Origin: Yuukianura sp. NJ FZ-2021
Lineage: Eukaryota
DNA: 64,000 nucleotides
Direction of reading: 5' to 3'
NCBI GenBank assembly: GCA_046563655.1
Contig: CM102284.1
Location: forward strand, 4,092,001-4,156,000
Shown: positions 35,101-49,359 of the stretch, in pieces
Numbering within the stretch: position 1 is the stretch's first letter
Layout: every line of letters starts with the position of its first letter
The notes under the pieces: model-generated
The model's input: only the letters and a program-made list of their open reading frames with translations
Told to the model about the DNA's origin: nothing
Database searches by the model: none
Position numbers and translations under genes: made by a program

Positions 35101-38100
35101 GAAAGTGGGGACCATAAAGCTAGAAAAATTACACCAGTTAATTTGATTGATTTAGTCCTTGGGAGTGGTATTTTTGAAAAAACCACTTCGAAATTGAAAA
35201 TTTTTAAGTTACTATCAAAAATATTGGAGCGGAACGCCTACATTGGTTGCTTCTTGTGCATCAAGCATGGAGAGACTAAATCAGCGTCTAAGGAGTACTT
35301 AAAGTTAAGTCCATGTTGGTAGTAAGAGGGCCATTTCCTGAAGGAAAATTGATACTTTTTCATACTTTTTTTTTTGATATATCGATTGATCCCAGAGACT
35401 TTCCTAAAGTTGGTAGTAAATACGATCTTGGAGCAAACAATGTTTACTTTTACATTAGATACGCTGTGTAGGAGGGATAATAATGTCAGACACCAGAATG
35501 AGAATTCTATACTCTCATAAAACATAAAAAAAAGTTGAACAAAATATAAATAGTTTTTGAAATTTGAAACATAATCCCACCACAACCTTTTAGAATTAAA
35601 CAAAATGGAACTTTTCTATCTTTAGTTTCAGTTCGAATAACTAAGAGAAAGCTCGTTTCGTTTTTTGTTTTGTTTCGGATCATTTTTCGCATCGCAAAGC
35701 CGCGACAACGATGTTTTGGAAGTAGCCGAAGAAGGAATCTCCTCTGTCAATTCAAATGTAGAAGCTTTTTTTGAAGACGGCTAGATGATGTGAAGCTTTT
35801 TTTGTCACGAAAATTAAAGAAAAAATTGTTTCGGCTCATTTTTTTTTGTTTGAAAAAGTGAAAGTAGGAAGATGTAAAAGTAACTCAATTTCAGGGATAG
35901 TTCTGGATTTCTCATCCTGTAGAAACTCTCTATATGAATTCTGAAATTTCGATGCAGCTTAAGCCTTGAGCCAATTTTGAGAAAATTGGATTCCTGCTGA
36001 ATACTTCAACTTATTCGAGTTTTCAAATTTGAACTTGTTATGAACAAATTCTAGAGTTCTGATTGAAGCGAAGGTATTAACCTGATAATAACTTTTGGCA
36101 CTACTGGATTAACTCACATCTGAAGAAACGAGTTCTTGGATAAATCAAAAAACCTTTGACATTTGACCTCTCAATTTTGAAAATTCAGTTGCCGAAGATG
36201 GAATTAGCCACATTTGAACAACAGGAATTAAACTTTTAGTTGAATTACTTTGCTTCCACGTTGTGTGCATGTGCCAAAGTTAAAAGCGCCGCGCGAGCCC
36301 ATTCACTAGCCGACGGATATGCATCAAAATTTGCTTTAAGTTAACATATACGTCATGCACATAGCAGCTTGCAGTTTGCTTTTGAACGCGCGTCATTACG
36401 GAAATTAATAGTAGCTCAAACTTTAGCTTTCTAAAGAATAACAGCCGCCAGGTTTGCAATTTCCTTAAAAGTGAATTGCAAATTTTTGTAAATGTGCAAA
36501 ACAAAAACAATTTTTTGGGATCTTACCTTCCGTTTGGCCTTGGCCAGTCGCTGATCTCTCGCATCTTCTGCTTCTCCAGGAGCCTTCTTACCCCAAACTG
36601 CCAGAGCTATTCTCGTGTACGTATAAATTAGCACCGCCAATGGGAAGAAGTACTGGAGAACCATCAGGGTTAGACTGTACACCAGTTTGTCCGTTTCATT
36701 CGGCCAAACCTAGAGATCAAACGAGAGTTCAAATGTCATTTAGAACGTAAGGCGGAAAGACATCGTAAACTGACAAGGTCAATAAAGAGAATTTCCTAGA
36801 GAAAGTTCAAATTAGGAGGTCATTGGCATTGACAGGGAAGGTCAAAGCAACATGTTATGTACCCGAATTTAGATGAGTCAAATTATCTAATGATTTTGCA
36901 ATTAAGAACTGACAGGTCGGTAATTAGGTCGGCCATTTCGGTTTTTTAAGCTTTTTTTTTATTTAAGCTATCATTTTAGCAATAAGAAAAGCGGGGGCTT
37001 AGGATAGGTTTTTCTTTTCTAGCCAAGGTTATTTTTCATTCTTAAAAAACTTTTTTAAACAATTTGTATTTAGAATTTTTAGAACACCACGTCAGACGTC
37101 ATTCCGTTTCGTTTTAACAGCAAAGGTCATTAGGAAGCCGAAAGCAGCCATAAATGTGAATGAGATGAATGAAGGCAGGTGGTTTTGATGTAGACTTTCA
37201 CCCCTCCTTTCCCTGTGCTTCCAGAGTCCATAAGGTTATGCTCAACCTAACCGTTAGGTTCAAACGTAACCATTAGGCTCAAAATACCATGTTTCATCGC
37301 TGTCTAAACTGCTTTTTAGAAAAGGCGAAATAACGTTTTAGCCACAGAGTCTTTCATTAGAACCCACCAAAGTGTTGTAATGCTTAAGGCTAATGCTACT
37401 TCTGTGGATGGATTAGATAAATAAACCAAAGGAGGAAGAAGCTCCAATGTGCTTTGAGCTTTAAAAGCTCATCTCTTGCTCCGCACATTCACGTAGTAAC
37501 TTTCTCGTTTTTGTAACTTTGAACAAACTGCACCTCTTAAATTTTGGGTTGGATGGTGACTAATTTATTTGGGCAGAAATTGCTTACAAGAGAAGGAGTT
37601 TCAAACGGTTGAAAAAACTCTCGAGAAGAAAAACAAATAACGTTTATTGGCGTTCCTTCGTTTCAGAAGTGTGAAAAACTGTGTGAACTTCAACAGAATG
37701 TGAAATCGAAGGTTGAAATAACTTTAGCTCAGGGTTAGGTTAAGTAAGCTAACCTCCAAAAAAAAGAGCTAACCTGGTTATGTAATGCTTCAACAGTTTA
37801 AGTGTCATAAGAAGTAAAGAACTAAACATTAAAAATTAAAAACTATAAAAAAATTCTTGTAAGTTTGACTATAATTTATTAGTTTGCATGCTACCCTAAC
37901 CTTAGACACAAAAACGGAAACTGGAAACAAGGACCTTCCGCTTGACCTGAACACGCGAACACACCGTTAGTGTCAATATGTCTGTTTCAATTAGTAGTTT
38001 TTGAAAAGGAAATTACTCATGACACAATTACATAGTGCCTATTACATATATTATTTCTCTTAAAAACAAAAACTTTTCCAAAGTGTAGAATTTTTTAATA

Positions 38101-41100
38101 ACCTAAAAACTTTGCTTTCACTTTCACTACTTTTAATTATCAATTAAAGTAAGTTTCAATTGAAGCCTTATTGCCTTGTTTCTGACGTAAAGTTCAGTTG
38201 AAAATTATGATTCTATCGTCAGCACCAACTTTTCCTCTCCTGAGTCAAAAATAGACAAAAGTGTTTTGTTCAAATTGTTCACAGAAAGTTTTGAATTTTC
38301 CATAATTGGGCTAATTTGGAAAAAGAAGCATTTCTCTTTTATTGTTTTATTCATAAGAAGGTTTAATTAATAATTTGCTGCTTCCTTCTTCTCTTCCATT
38401 GCCTCTAATGACTTTATTCACCCAGAGGTCAAGGGTCACGTCGCTTCTTTTGCCTGAGAAGTTAGATGCAGCCTATGACGTTAAGGGCTCTCTTGGATTC
38501 TGGGACAAGCGTTCTCCAACTTTGTCTTCATTTAAGTTCAGTCCATGTCAAGTGCTTTTCTTTCTTCAGAAGAAAGTTCGCCGATAGCAGACTCAATTCG
38601 TCTTCTCAAGTCCAAAGTCATTCGGAACAAGATGGAGCGGCACGAAATCCAGCACTTTGGGAAGTGTCCTTCAAGGGACCTCTTTAGCAGACGGGCCCTT
38701 GTGGAACAACTTCTCTAGTTTTTATTTTAGTGAAAGCAAATATTATTTTCCCTTGTTACTCAAATTCACGTTCTTCGAATTGCACTGTAGGAGTGGAGAA
38801 AGTCGTGACACGAAATAACTTTTAGGCTAGTCCGTTTCAAATAGTAGAAGGATTCGACAGAGTAAAATAGGGTTAATATTTCAAAAGAAAGTTACACTAT
38901 TACTGTAACATGATTTAACATTGAAAAGCTTTTTCGGAAACTAACAATGTGAAAGAAATTACAACATACGAAAGAGTCTTTTGTACTAAATGGATGAAAC
39001 AAAGTAATAAGTTCAGCATTCTATGTGAAGGAGATATAGCTTATTTTATTTTTTAATTTTTAATTTTTTCAAATGAAAATAATTTTAGTTTATTTAAAAG
39101 AATTAGTGTAAATTCGTTTAATAATTCAAAAATTTGGTGTGAAGCTTTGTAGATAAGCTTGAGTTTTTGTTAAAATTTTGCTCTTCTTAAACGAATAACT
39201 TGCTGGGTTTTTAAATTCTTGTTCTCATTGAAATCAAATGCAGATCAACATCAGACGGTTTCTGGCTTTCGTTCACATTCTCGAATTTACGCGGATTCTT
39301 TTTATCTGTAATTTTTATTTTAGTGTTTTCTCTAAATTGGACCACTTTTCCAGAAAAATAACATTCGAGATCGGTTAAACCGCTCCTCACTTCTAGCATT
39401 ATCCAGCGTCGGTGTAACCAATCATGATGCACTTTTACTCGTTTTTGGTATTTGGAATAACTAAACAAATGAAACGTAGTGAATTATAATTATTTCTTGC
39501 AAAGACTAAAAAACCAAACCTAACTTCTTCAGTTTTAAGTGAACTGTGTGGCCTAATAAATTCCAGGGGTAATGTGAGACTTTTTGCCTTTTGTGGTTGG
39601 CTTCACCTCTTCTAAACTGGAGAACTAAAACCCAGATGCCAAATTACTGACTGATTGATGATCACCACCAGTCTTCTCCCACAAAGTGAAACATTATCGA
39701 GATTTACGACTGTTCAGCAACCTCGACAGTGTTATAATTACTAAACCTGAACAAATTTGCTCATGTCAACAAATCACCTACTAACGAGGACCGGCTTTCC
39801 GCAGTTTCGCAAAACAAATTACGGAATTAGTAGTAGTAAAAAATTTGTCATCACTTATTGGAAAATGTTGTAACTTTCGCTTCCCAACGCGAAAAAATGT
39901 AAGTTCAAGGTGAAATCGAACACCAGTAAGCTTCCTGCCTGCTAAGCAAAGTTCAAGTTATATTTTTTGTAATGCTAAAGTGAGTACAAGTGTTAAAATA
40001 ATTTTTTATCATACTAATGTTCCGTCGTGAGATTTGGTTAGTTTTGATATTTATATTTTCAATGATTTTTTTCTGTGTTTATACAACTTTAACGTACCCG
40101 GCTAGTGTTCGATCCAACCTATGGTAAACTTTTCTTCGTGTTGGGACGTGGGAAAAGAAATTTACGTAATAACTATAAGAAAGCAACTACTCGCATAATT
40201 TATTTTGAGAAACGGTTGAAAACTAAATTATTAGTAAACCTAAACCACCATGCTAACTTGCCATGAGGGGAAATTAATTGCAGAAGTTACAAAAGCACAA
40301 TTCAGTTTCATACATAAATGAAACCACCAAAAAATGAAAAGTTCTCTTTTTCTTTTACCTACAGAATGAATGAGGAGGATCAGTTTCAGGTACAAAATAG
40401 AATAATGGAAATCACACGAGATTTCAAGTGCCGAAGCGGATCACATTCTTCTTTTTCAAAAATACTTTTCAAAATGAAAAGCCCATTTTTCATCTTTTTC
40501 GGTAGATCTAAAAGAGCTAAGCCTCTAGCCGATAAAACTTAGACAAGCCTAAGATGAAGAATAGACTAAAGCTAATGTGATTTTGCCAGTATTGCCTAGG
40601 GAAAGGAATAAGGCGCGGAACGCTTGGAGAAAGTGGAAAAATAAATTATTCATGGAATATCAATCAACTTGTTCGTTTTTTAGTCCAAAATACGCGAGAA
40701 TGCTCAAGTAACATAACATAATACTCTACTTGAGCATCGGCGAAGAATCTTGCTACTTCACGTTTCATGGTGTAGCACAAAAATCGAAAAAATTGAGAAA
40801 AAAATTCTAAACTTGAAAGAAATAAAAGCACGTCGAGTTTCCAGAAATTTTTTTTCTTACCAAAAAGCTGAACAACGGAAATTCGTTTCTTGGGTTTCCG
40901 GAACTTGCGGAGAGAGTAAAATTTTCACAACAAAGTTACTTTTTTGTGGCTTTTGAAAAATAAATTGTGCGTTTTTGCAATCCGTTTGTAGTGGTTTACT
41001 ACTGAAAACAGCACGCTTGACTTGTTTTCAACAAAATGAATCAGAATTGATTCAATTCTAGAACAAATTGCTCAAAAGGCGGGTGATTTTTTTCTAATCG

Positions 41101-43401
41101 TAGAAACGTTTGTGCAGTTGAAATAAAATAAAACCTAACCACTTCGTTTCGTAATTCAATTTAGGTTGGGTTTTGAGTTAGTCTAACATGAGAGAAAATT
41201 GCACTAGATTTAAAAGCATCAAAATTGGTCTATGTCTGGTCTAGTATCGTTGAAAACCTTCAACAGACCCACATTCTTGTTCAAGAGAAAAGAGAAAGCA
41301 CTTGAGAAGCTTTTGTGGTAAGATGCAGTTTCTTCCAGTTTTTTCTACTTCAACTCATAAAATTGCTGAGTTGTCAGTTACTGTTACTATCAAGCTGAAG
41401 ACTTGAAGACAATTTGGTCAAAGTGAAATTGGACCACAATCGTTTATCTTTAATTGTAATTGTCCTCAAATTGGAACAAACTTTGACCGGCAATGTCAAT
41501 TACATTGTCTTCACTCACCCGCCTTTTCTGTTGCTCCAGCTCTTTCGTGAGCAAAACTTTTCAACCGGAATTAGTTACTCCGTTCGTGCAGGAAAAACTT
41601 TTTCTAATAAAGTTAATGAGGCTGGAAGTTCCCGGCTTTGACTTTCTCCACTTAAGTATGAACTCGTCTTAGCATTTGGGGAATTCAAGTCTTCAAATTT
41701 TAAGCCAAATCTAGCCCGAAACCTGACTTAATTAAAACCTAGCCCTGGCTCGTTTTAAGAACGAAGTTCATTTGTGCGATTCGGAATATGACACGAACTG
41801 TTAAAAATGACACCTCTAGAGTTAACTTAGGTTGCTCTTGAAATTGACTTTGACGTCCTTCTTATGAAAGTGGTGAAAGTCAAGTGCACGTAACATAGCA
41901 AACCAAGTTCTTCACTTGAAGCTCGCCTTTGATTTCAAAGAGGTCGGCAAGTTCAATTGAATTTTTAGACAAACTTTTAATTCCCAAGATAAAAGCTTCA
42001 AAACTACTTGTATGGAGGGCTTCAACTTACTAAAGTTAAAGTTAGGTAAGGCTATGCGTCACTTCAAGGTAACAAGGTATGGGGTACTTTAAGTACTTGA
42101 AAAGGCGAAGGTGTTAAGATAATTAGAAAAGAGTTAAGTGCCCATTCAGGACAAGCGGAACCTGGAAATGCTCTCGTTCCTTTCTATGACAAAGGTGGTT
42201 AAGTATTCCACTAAAAAGAAATTGAGTCCAAAATTACCTTCTTACGACACTCTAGAACATTCAAGCGCCACTTCAAACACAACTTCGAAACTTTAAGGTA
42301 GAGCCTAACCTAATTTTAGGTTAGGCTTTGTTAGACTATGGACTTACTGGAACAGTCCGAAACTTACTAGAAACTGCGCTATTCATTGCTTGCTATTTCA
42401 TATCTCACAGAGAGACATTAAGGAAATTAAAATTAAAGAAATGAAAGTCTAAATGCCTTGAGCAAAAAGTGTTTCAATTTTCAAAAGTACGCTTAAAGCC
42501 AAGTCCAGCAACAAACAAGACCTTAATTAGGTTATGCACTTTTAGCCTAACTTATGTTATGATTTTCTGGCGAATAAGGTTAGGTTCATGCGCTCACAAT
42601 TAGGAATTTAGGTTAGACTGTTTTGGGTTAAAAGTTCTTAGAATTTGGAAGAATGACAGAGGTAGCGTAAACATTCGCATGTATTACGAGGTGTGAAAAT
42701 TTCGCATGATTAGGTGTTGAAGTTTGAAAAATTTGACTCACCTCAGTGCATTCTGGATTTCCATTGACAACTATCATGTCGGTGTACACTGCAATTGGAA
42801 TGGCCGTCAGAATGGCTACGACCCAGACGAGGAAAATGACGAAAACGGCCTGTGAGCGCCGAAGTCTTGGTTTGAGTGGATACAAAATAGCGACATAGCG
42901 GTCTCCCGCGAGAGCCACGAGCGTATATGCAGAAACGAAGACGCAGACGGCCTGCGCAGGCGCCACGAGATGACAGAGTACTTCGCCAAAGGGCCAGTAC
43001 TGCAGTAGGACTGAGATGTACGAGAATGGGACGCAGAGCAGGGCCATCAGGAGGTCACCGACGGCCAGGTTGGCTATCATGTAGTTTGTGACGGTACGCA
43101 TGCGCGGAGAACTGAACACGACGTAACAGACTAGAATGTTGCCGAGGAGTGCCGCCAGGAAGACGGTATTGTAGATGATGTAGATGATCACTTGGAAAGC
43201 AAGGGAAAACTGAACTGTTTCAGTTGGGTAGAGAGTGGTGAAGTTGTCATCGTGAAAGTCAAAGGTCAAGTTGGGCTGGTCATCCATGGGTGTGGTTAGC
43301 ATCAGGTCAAGTGGTTGCGAAGTTAACGGGGTCACGTAGGATTCAATTTCTGCCTGGGACATTCCAAAAGTTTCGAGTTCTGACGAATCTACTTGTTCCA
43401 T
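29113..43401 (-). CDS. RYa-R: Neuropeptide GPCR, RYamide/NPY-like receptor, distal isoform B; exons 43401-42742, 36709-36527, 30047-29979, 29745-29113
   Basis: 'LLGNILVCYVVFSSPRMRTVTNYMIANLAVGDLL', 'YWPFG', 'GDRYVAI', TM5/ICL3 'QYFFPLAVLIYTYTRIALAVWGKKAPGEAEDARDQRLAKAKRK|MIKMMLTVV', 'WLPFN', 'CNPFIYAWMNSRFR'; the ICL3 is typical of arthropod RYamide receptors. Confidence 0.88.
33648..34218 (-). CDS. Alternative proximal TM6-TM7-C-tail cassette (isoform A) of the same GPCR; exons 34218-34043, 33948-33648
   Basis: AG|'TVVMTLAVVVAYTLAWLPMNTMNLVLGIYPPAIENPPDFFIYLYFASHWLAMAHTTYNP|LIYAWINARFRSAF...SHTWT*'; phase-0 acceptor compatible with the exon ending at 36527. Confidence 0.85.
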
Positions 43402-46209
43402 ATTTATACAGCTCCACGACACACTTGAATGAGAAATTCGAATTTCCTCAAACCGGTACTTCAAAACGGCTCAAGCCGGTAATTAAAATTTTCCGAAACC
43501 GCAGATCAAAAACTTGATTGGATATTCTCAAACAGACAAATTTTTTAGTCCGGAAGTCGGCCCACACTTTTCTTCGGTCTAAACATAAGTTTTTTGCTTG
43601 TTCTGTTCTGAGTAGGATCGGATTTCAAAAGTTTTTGGTTTTCAAAAGCTTCTTTTCGAAAAAAGCAATGCAGTTTTCCTTTGGTTTTGGATTTGGAAGT
43701 TATTTGATTCACCAGATATTTCCCACGTTCTTTTTGAGTGTCAACTGATTTTGAATTCCGGTCACTTCTTGAGATCCCTGAAGATGAAAATGCATTGTCT
43801 GAAAACATAACAAAAAAGAGGGCGAAGAATATTATTTCTTGTCCACAAACAGTGACAAAAGCAGAGCTTCCAGGAAAATCTTCGTGCCTAAAGCATACAT
43901 GTGAAATTTGTAATGGAATCTCTTTGCAGGAACTTCGGATGAGCATCCAGAAGTTTTTGGAAATGCCAAAACTGGCAATATGAGTAAAGTAAACAGGCAG
44001 AGATGATGGCAAATAAAGATGAAAGGCAGGTATAAACTTAATTGTCAACTGGTGTGTTGTGTCTATGATCCTCATATGGGTTCAGTTTCTTTTGCTTTCT
44101 AGTTTCTACTTTGGTGAAAACAAGAAACAATTAGTGGTTGAGCTGAAATAACTACTTCCAGTTGAACAATACCACAGAGAGTAGGGGTAATTAGAAGGTA
44201 TCTACATAAAACTTTGTACTGACACTCGAGTTTCCGCTAGAAACTTTTCCCAAAACTACATTTGAAAACCGCAAAAACTAGAAAGATCGGAGGAACTACT
44301 TTCTCCTATGCTTCGAACTTTTCAAAATTCACAACAGATACCATGATTTTGGAGCATCCAGCGACATCACGTTTCCCAAAAAGGCTATCTGAAATTGGCT
44401 AACATTTCCGGACGGTCATCTACCGCATAGAATCTCTATGGACAGTGGACGGTCAATCGTTCGTTGTCCATCGACCAATGCACAGTGCTGTTAGACATTC
44501 CTAGGTACTATAGTAAGGTGATGTTTGAATTGCTGTTTCTTTCGTAAAAACAGCAATTTTCAAAAACTGTCAACAGCCACCTTTCAAGTTTTGATTTTGA
44601 TTTGATTTGAAGTTTTTCAATTTTGAATAATTCAAGGATTTTTCCTAGGAATTGCAAAGTTTTATAACTCAATGTTCAAAGAGTTGTTATCCTAAATTTT
44701 TGAGAAGTGAACAAAACATTTCTGAAATGAATGAAAAATGCATAGATGTGTGTAGGCGTTACGCTTGTATGTACAATCAAGATATAGTTTACCGTTGTTT
44801 TTTGTTAGGGTAGTTAGGCAATTGGGTAGGTGTAACCTAATGACAAACCTAACCACAACCTTAACCTATGCAAAAAACCTAAAAAATTTCCTAAACTTTG
44901 CAGTTGTAATTTGAGTTCTTCACACTTACGTCATTCCACAGGTATCTTATACACCTAAGCCAAGATTTCATAATTTACCACACGCTTTCCCATGCCATTT
45001 TCAACTTTTCCGGATACAACTTTCTTTTTTTAAACTTTTTTGATGAAACGTTTAAATTCCCAAATTCTGGAAACCCACGCAAAATTGTTTCAAAGTTGCA
45101 AAATTCCTGAACATGCAATCTTAAATCCATCTACACTTAAAATTCTCTGCTAATGATTTCCAACGCCTTTGAGCAGTGTAGGATTTAAGAACAAACTAAA
45201 GTTTAGTAAGATTTTATACTTTCAAAAAGTTTTCTTTACAAAAACAAAAGTTTTCCAAAAGAGAAAGTCTAAACACGCGGAATAAGTTTTTGGACAAGTT
45301 AAATTCCTTTGTCAAAAGCCCTCTGACGCATGCGCTCCACTTAAGCCTCCTCTCAGGCTGGTCAAAAGGTCAAGTTTAAAAGCCGTTGAATTAGAAATGA
45401 CCAACAAAAAGTTTCAATTTCCTGGATTTTCTGGGTTGTAAAAGTTTACAACATTTTGATCCTTTCATCACTTTCACTTTTCACCGGACTTTTCGAATTT
45501 AATATTCTATCCGGAAGAGGATTGGAAAGATTATTGTGATCTAACAAAGTCCGGCAATCGGACCAAAGGATTTGTATCTTTACGAGGACATGCTCAATTT
45601 TCATACTTTTTTTCGAGAAGAAGAAATATAAATTCAATATTAAACTGACAAGGTAAAAAGGAAAGCCCACAGGAAGATAATCTAGGAAATGACTTTTTGG
45701 GAGGGACGTTTTTCGAAAAAAGAAGTGAAGTTCTAACGAAAATTTTTAGCATGGAGAATTTGACAAAATCCTAAAGTAGTGTAGAGTTAAAGTGGACGCT
45801 GTGAAAAAATTTGAGTCCATTTGTCATGGAAATCGAATTTTTCTGCACTTTTTACTCCAATTTCAAGGAAAAGGAACTTTCCCTTGCAACAGGCTTTTTT
45901 TTGAATTGGCCCATACAAAACGTTCACTCATTCAAATGACCAATATCTTTAGAAAATTGGATTCTTTTCTTATGAGATACGAGCAGCGTCGCTTTGTCGA
46001 AAAAGAAAAGGTAAAGATTTTGGAAATCCGTATGCACATTTCAAGTTTCTAAAAAATGAAAAAAAAGTTGGATTGTCAAATAGAAGTAACAAAGAAGTTG
46101 CACAACTGTTTGCACTCAAAGTACAAAAATAAATCCAACAAAAGCTAAAAAATCTTTTCTATTATGCAAAATCTCGTTTTCATGAAGCTTTTTGGTCAAG
46201 GTAAAGTAT

Positions 46210-46416
46210 AACGATCGTCATTGTAGCCACTTAGTGTAGCCACTCCGGCCGCTTTGTATGGCTACATTACGCAACTACACCTGGTGGCGACATTTGTAGC
46301 TGCTCAAACCCAAAACACCTCACCTAAAGAGGCAACAAAAGTATGCGGGCAGCGTAGCCTCTCAGTGTAGCCTCAAAGTGGCTACACTATGTACGGCTAC
46401 AAAATGAGACCGTTAA
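46210..46416. mobile_element. Degenerate MITE with imperfect TIRs
   Basis: AACGATCGTCATTGTAGCCACTTAGTGTAGCCACT versus AGTGGCTACACTATGTACGGCTACAAAATGAGACCGTT; internal TGTAGCC/GGCTACA subrepeats. Confidence 0.6.
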
Positions 46417-49359
46417 ACCTTACTGCAATCGAATTTTTAATTTAAAAAATCTTTTTTCAAAATCCAAATGGTGATTTTATGAAATTCAAAGGTGTGTATA
46501 TTGATTTTAAAATTCAAAGTTTTGTGGAACCTTATTTCTTTTTTAAATTGTATATTCGAAACGGAATTCTAAGAAATAAGGATTTTTTGGCCCACTTGTT
46601 TACAAAACCTCAACGTTAATCTCTGCTTTTTTATTGAAGCTTAATTTTCGGAACAGATTATTCTGTCAATCAAAAACTCAACAGAACTCAACAACTTTTA
46701 CCGTTGTAATTTTTATAATGAGTAATGCCTAGCCATTACCGGAAATTAAAATACAGAAAAACAATTCTCAGAATTTTCATTTCCAGATTCTTTCAAAAGT
46801 AGTCTTAAAATTTCCCGACATAATTTGACAAGAATTAAATAGATTTTACAAAAAGAATGACGCAAAAAAGAGACTGGGCATCAAAAAGTTGCAGAGGAAA
46901 TCGGAACTTTATAAATTCTGAGCACATCAAAAGCCTGGACATAGTTTAGACAAATATGAGTTGCGGTAAACTTGAAATTTTGAATGTTTTGTTGGACATA
47001 AGCAAGACTTTAGTGAGTCCCGTCCACTTGAACAAGTTCACTTGCAAGATTACTTGTAATCTTTGTGCTATGCGGATTTACTTTGCAAATAATATTCTCT
47101 AGTCAGTTGATGATTGCTAAAACAAATCAGTGTCACGCACGACTTGTTCAAAAACTATTTTTTTTTCAATTCCCGTGCTTCGCATTTCAAACAAGGACTT
47201 TAGATATCCTTAAACACGCAGAAATGTAGGCTAGTTCAGTAAAAAATGCAACTTTTGTTATACTATTTTGGCAAAAAGTAATAAATTCCACTGCATCTGT
47301 TCTACAATGTCAATTTCACGTAAACTTTTCCCCTAAACTTTTCTTTCCGCTTTCCTTGTGTCAAAATTTTTCACTCTTTCTAGCCTAAACTAGCTTTCAA
47401 AATTTCCCGTTTCTCTTTTTCAAAGTTGGACTTTGTTTAGCCCAATAGAATTTATGAAAGTTTTTGAAAATGAATAGTTTTTGCCAACCTGGTTTAGTGT
47501 GAAATTCAAAACTTTTTCGACCTTGAAGGAGATGCGGAGACGCTTCGAGTGAGAAACTTTTTAGAACCAATAGGAAGTTAGGTTCACTTGGAGCCACCAC
47601 CGTCGACCAAGATTTGCAAGCGACTGGATCCGAAATGTATGAAAACTCCCGGGTTTCTTTCCCTTTGATCCGAACTTCGCTGTTCTCCCTCCCTTCAGAA
47701 GAAGATTTGCCACCGACTAGTGCAACTGATGCTGCTGCTTCGAAGAGGTTGGTCAAATTGGTTCATTTTGAAGGGAGACACACAGCATCAGGCAGATAAG
47801 AAATTGAAGTATGCCGTTGGAAGCTCCTTCATCTAAAAAAGTACAAACAACTTCGCAGACATGGACATTTTCGAAATCTAGAAGAGGCAAAGAAATGTCG
47901 AATTTCATTTTGGAATTCAAATTTTGATGATACCGAGTTGGAATTAAACTTTGAAGGAGAAAGTGGAGTGAAAGTCACGCCTGGAGAACTGAGATGAAGT
48001 TTCAAACTGCAAAGGAAATTTCTTTTTGACGCTTCATATTCAAATTCTTATCCACAAAAATCTTTGTGCGGGGGAGCGAAACAGGAAAACTCTTTCGTAA
48101 ATCCGAATTCAAAAAATAAAAAGTGAAACGCGGATTTCCATTCATGAAGAAACTCGTTGTTGAATACTGAGAACCAAGATATCCTGATAAAATATTTTGT
48201 GAAGTTTTCTTTAAAGGTTTTTCAAAGACTTGTTTTCTGAACTTCTTCAAAAACTAAATCCAAATTCAAAAAAAAGTTTCGTCGTCTCACCTTTCTTCTT
48301 GTAGTTGTTGGTTGCATTGCAATGTTTTCCAAAATATTCGTCACTTTTCATTTTTTGATTTTTTCAACCAAAATTTTTAGACTGTAGGCAGTTGAGTAAG
48401 GTAGGATTACACCTTAAGTAACAACTGAAGAGCATCACAAGCTTCATTTTCAAACTTTTCATTTCAATAAAATTTTATTTCACGAAATCTTCATTTTTGA
48501 AAACTTTTTTTTTAAGTTTTACTCATTTCTCATTCGGTTGGTATTACTTTTCGCCCACGCTCTTTTGGTGAATTAAGTATCCTCTTATTTAACAACGCCA
48601 CAAACACTAAAATCAAAAGTACAAACAGAATGTAAAATATAAATTGACCTTTACACAAGAAGTTCAAAGGTCACGAGTTCACTTACACTTCAACTTCGCT
48701 TCTTTCAATAAATAACTTATAAGGTGATGAGATCGCGTGAAAGTTCAAAGAAGTTGAGCTGCTTTTTGTACATAAAACTGAAGGTGTTCCGCCTAAAACC
48801 ACTGATTGACTGCATAGGTTGTTAACTATAATTAACTAACTATGTACTTTGTGCATCTCCTACAACATAATTGTGGATTTGATAAGGAAATCAATTGTTT
48901 AATCGATAGTGTTTAGACATTAGAACTTGCATGGGAGCTGATTCACCTTGATTTATGGGAGATAAATGGGAGCACTTTGGACTAAACTAGACAAGTTCTG
49001 GATTAATTGGAACTTGAGCTATCAATGAAAAATTTTTATTTAATTCAAAACATAAAAAAATAATTTAAGATAATTAGAACTAAATATAATAATAATTAAT
49101 TGCAGAGTCAGGTACAGTTCGTTGCTTTCACTAAAATTTACGCACAGTGTAGGGTTAACTAGATCAATTTTAGATTTGTTCCTTGTTTGAACCGCAACGC
49201 AACCGCAAAACGTGGTGCGAATTGGTATTTACCATAATGATTAATTCAAAACACTTAAGATTCACTTTAGAATGGTTCTAAATTACGCTTTAAGAAACTA
49301 ACTTAACATTAAGTGTCAACACTGTGAAACCTGGAGATTTCGATAACGACGGCGAAGGC

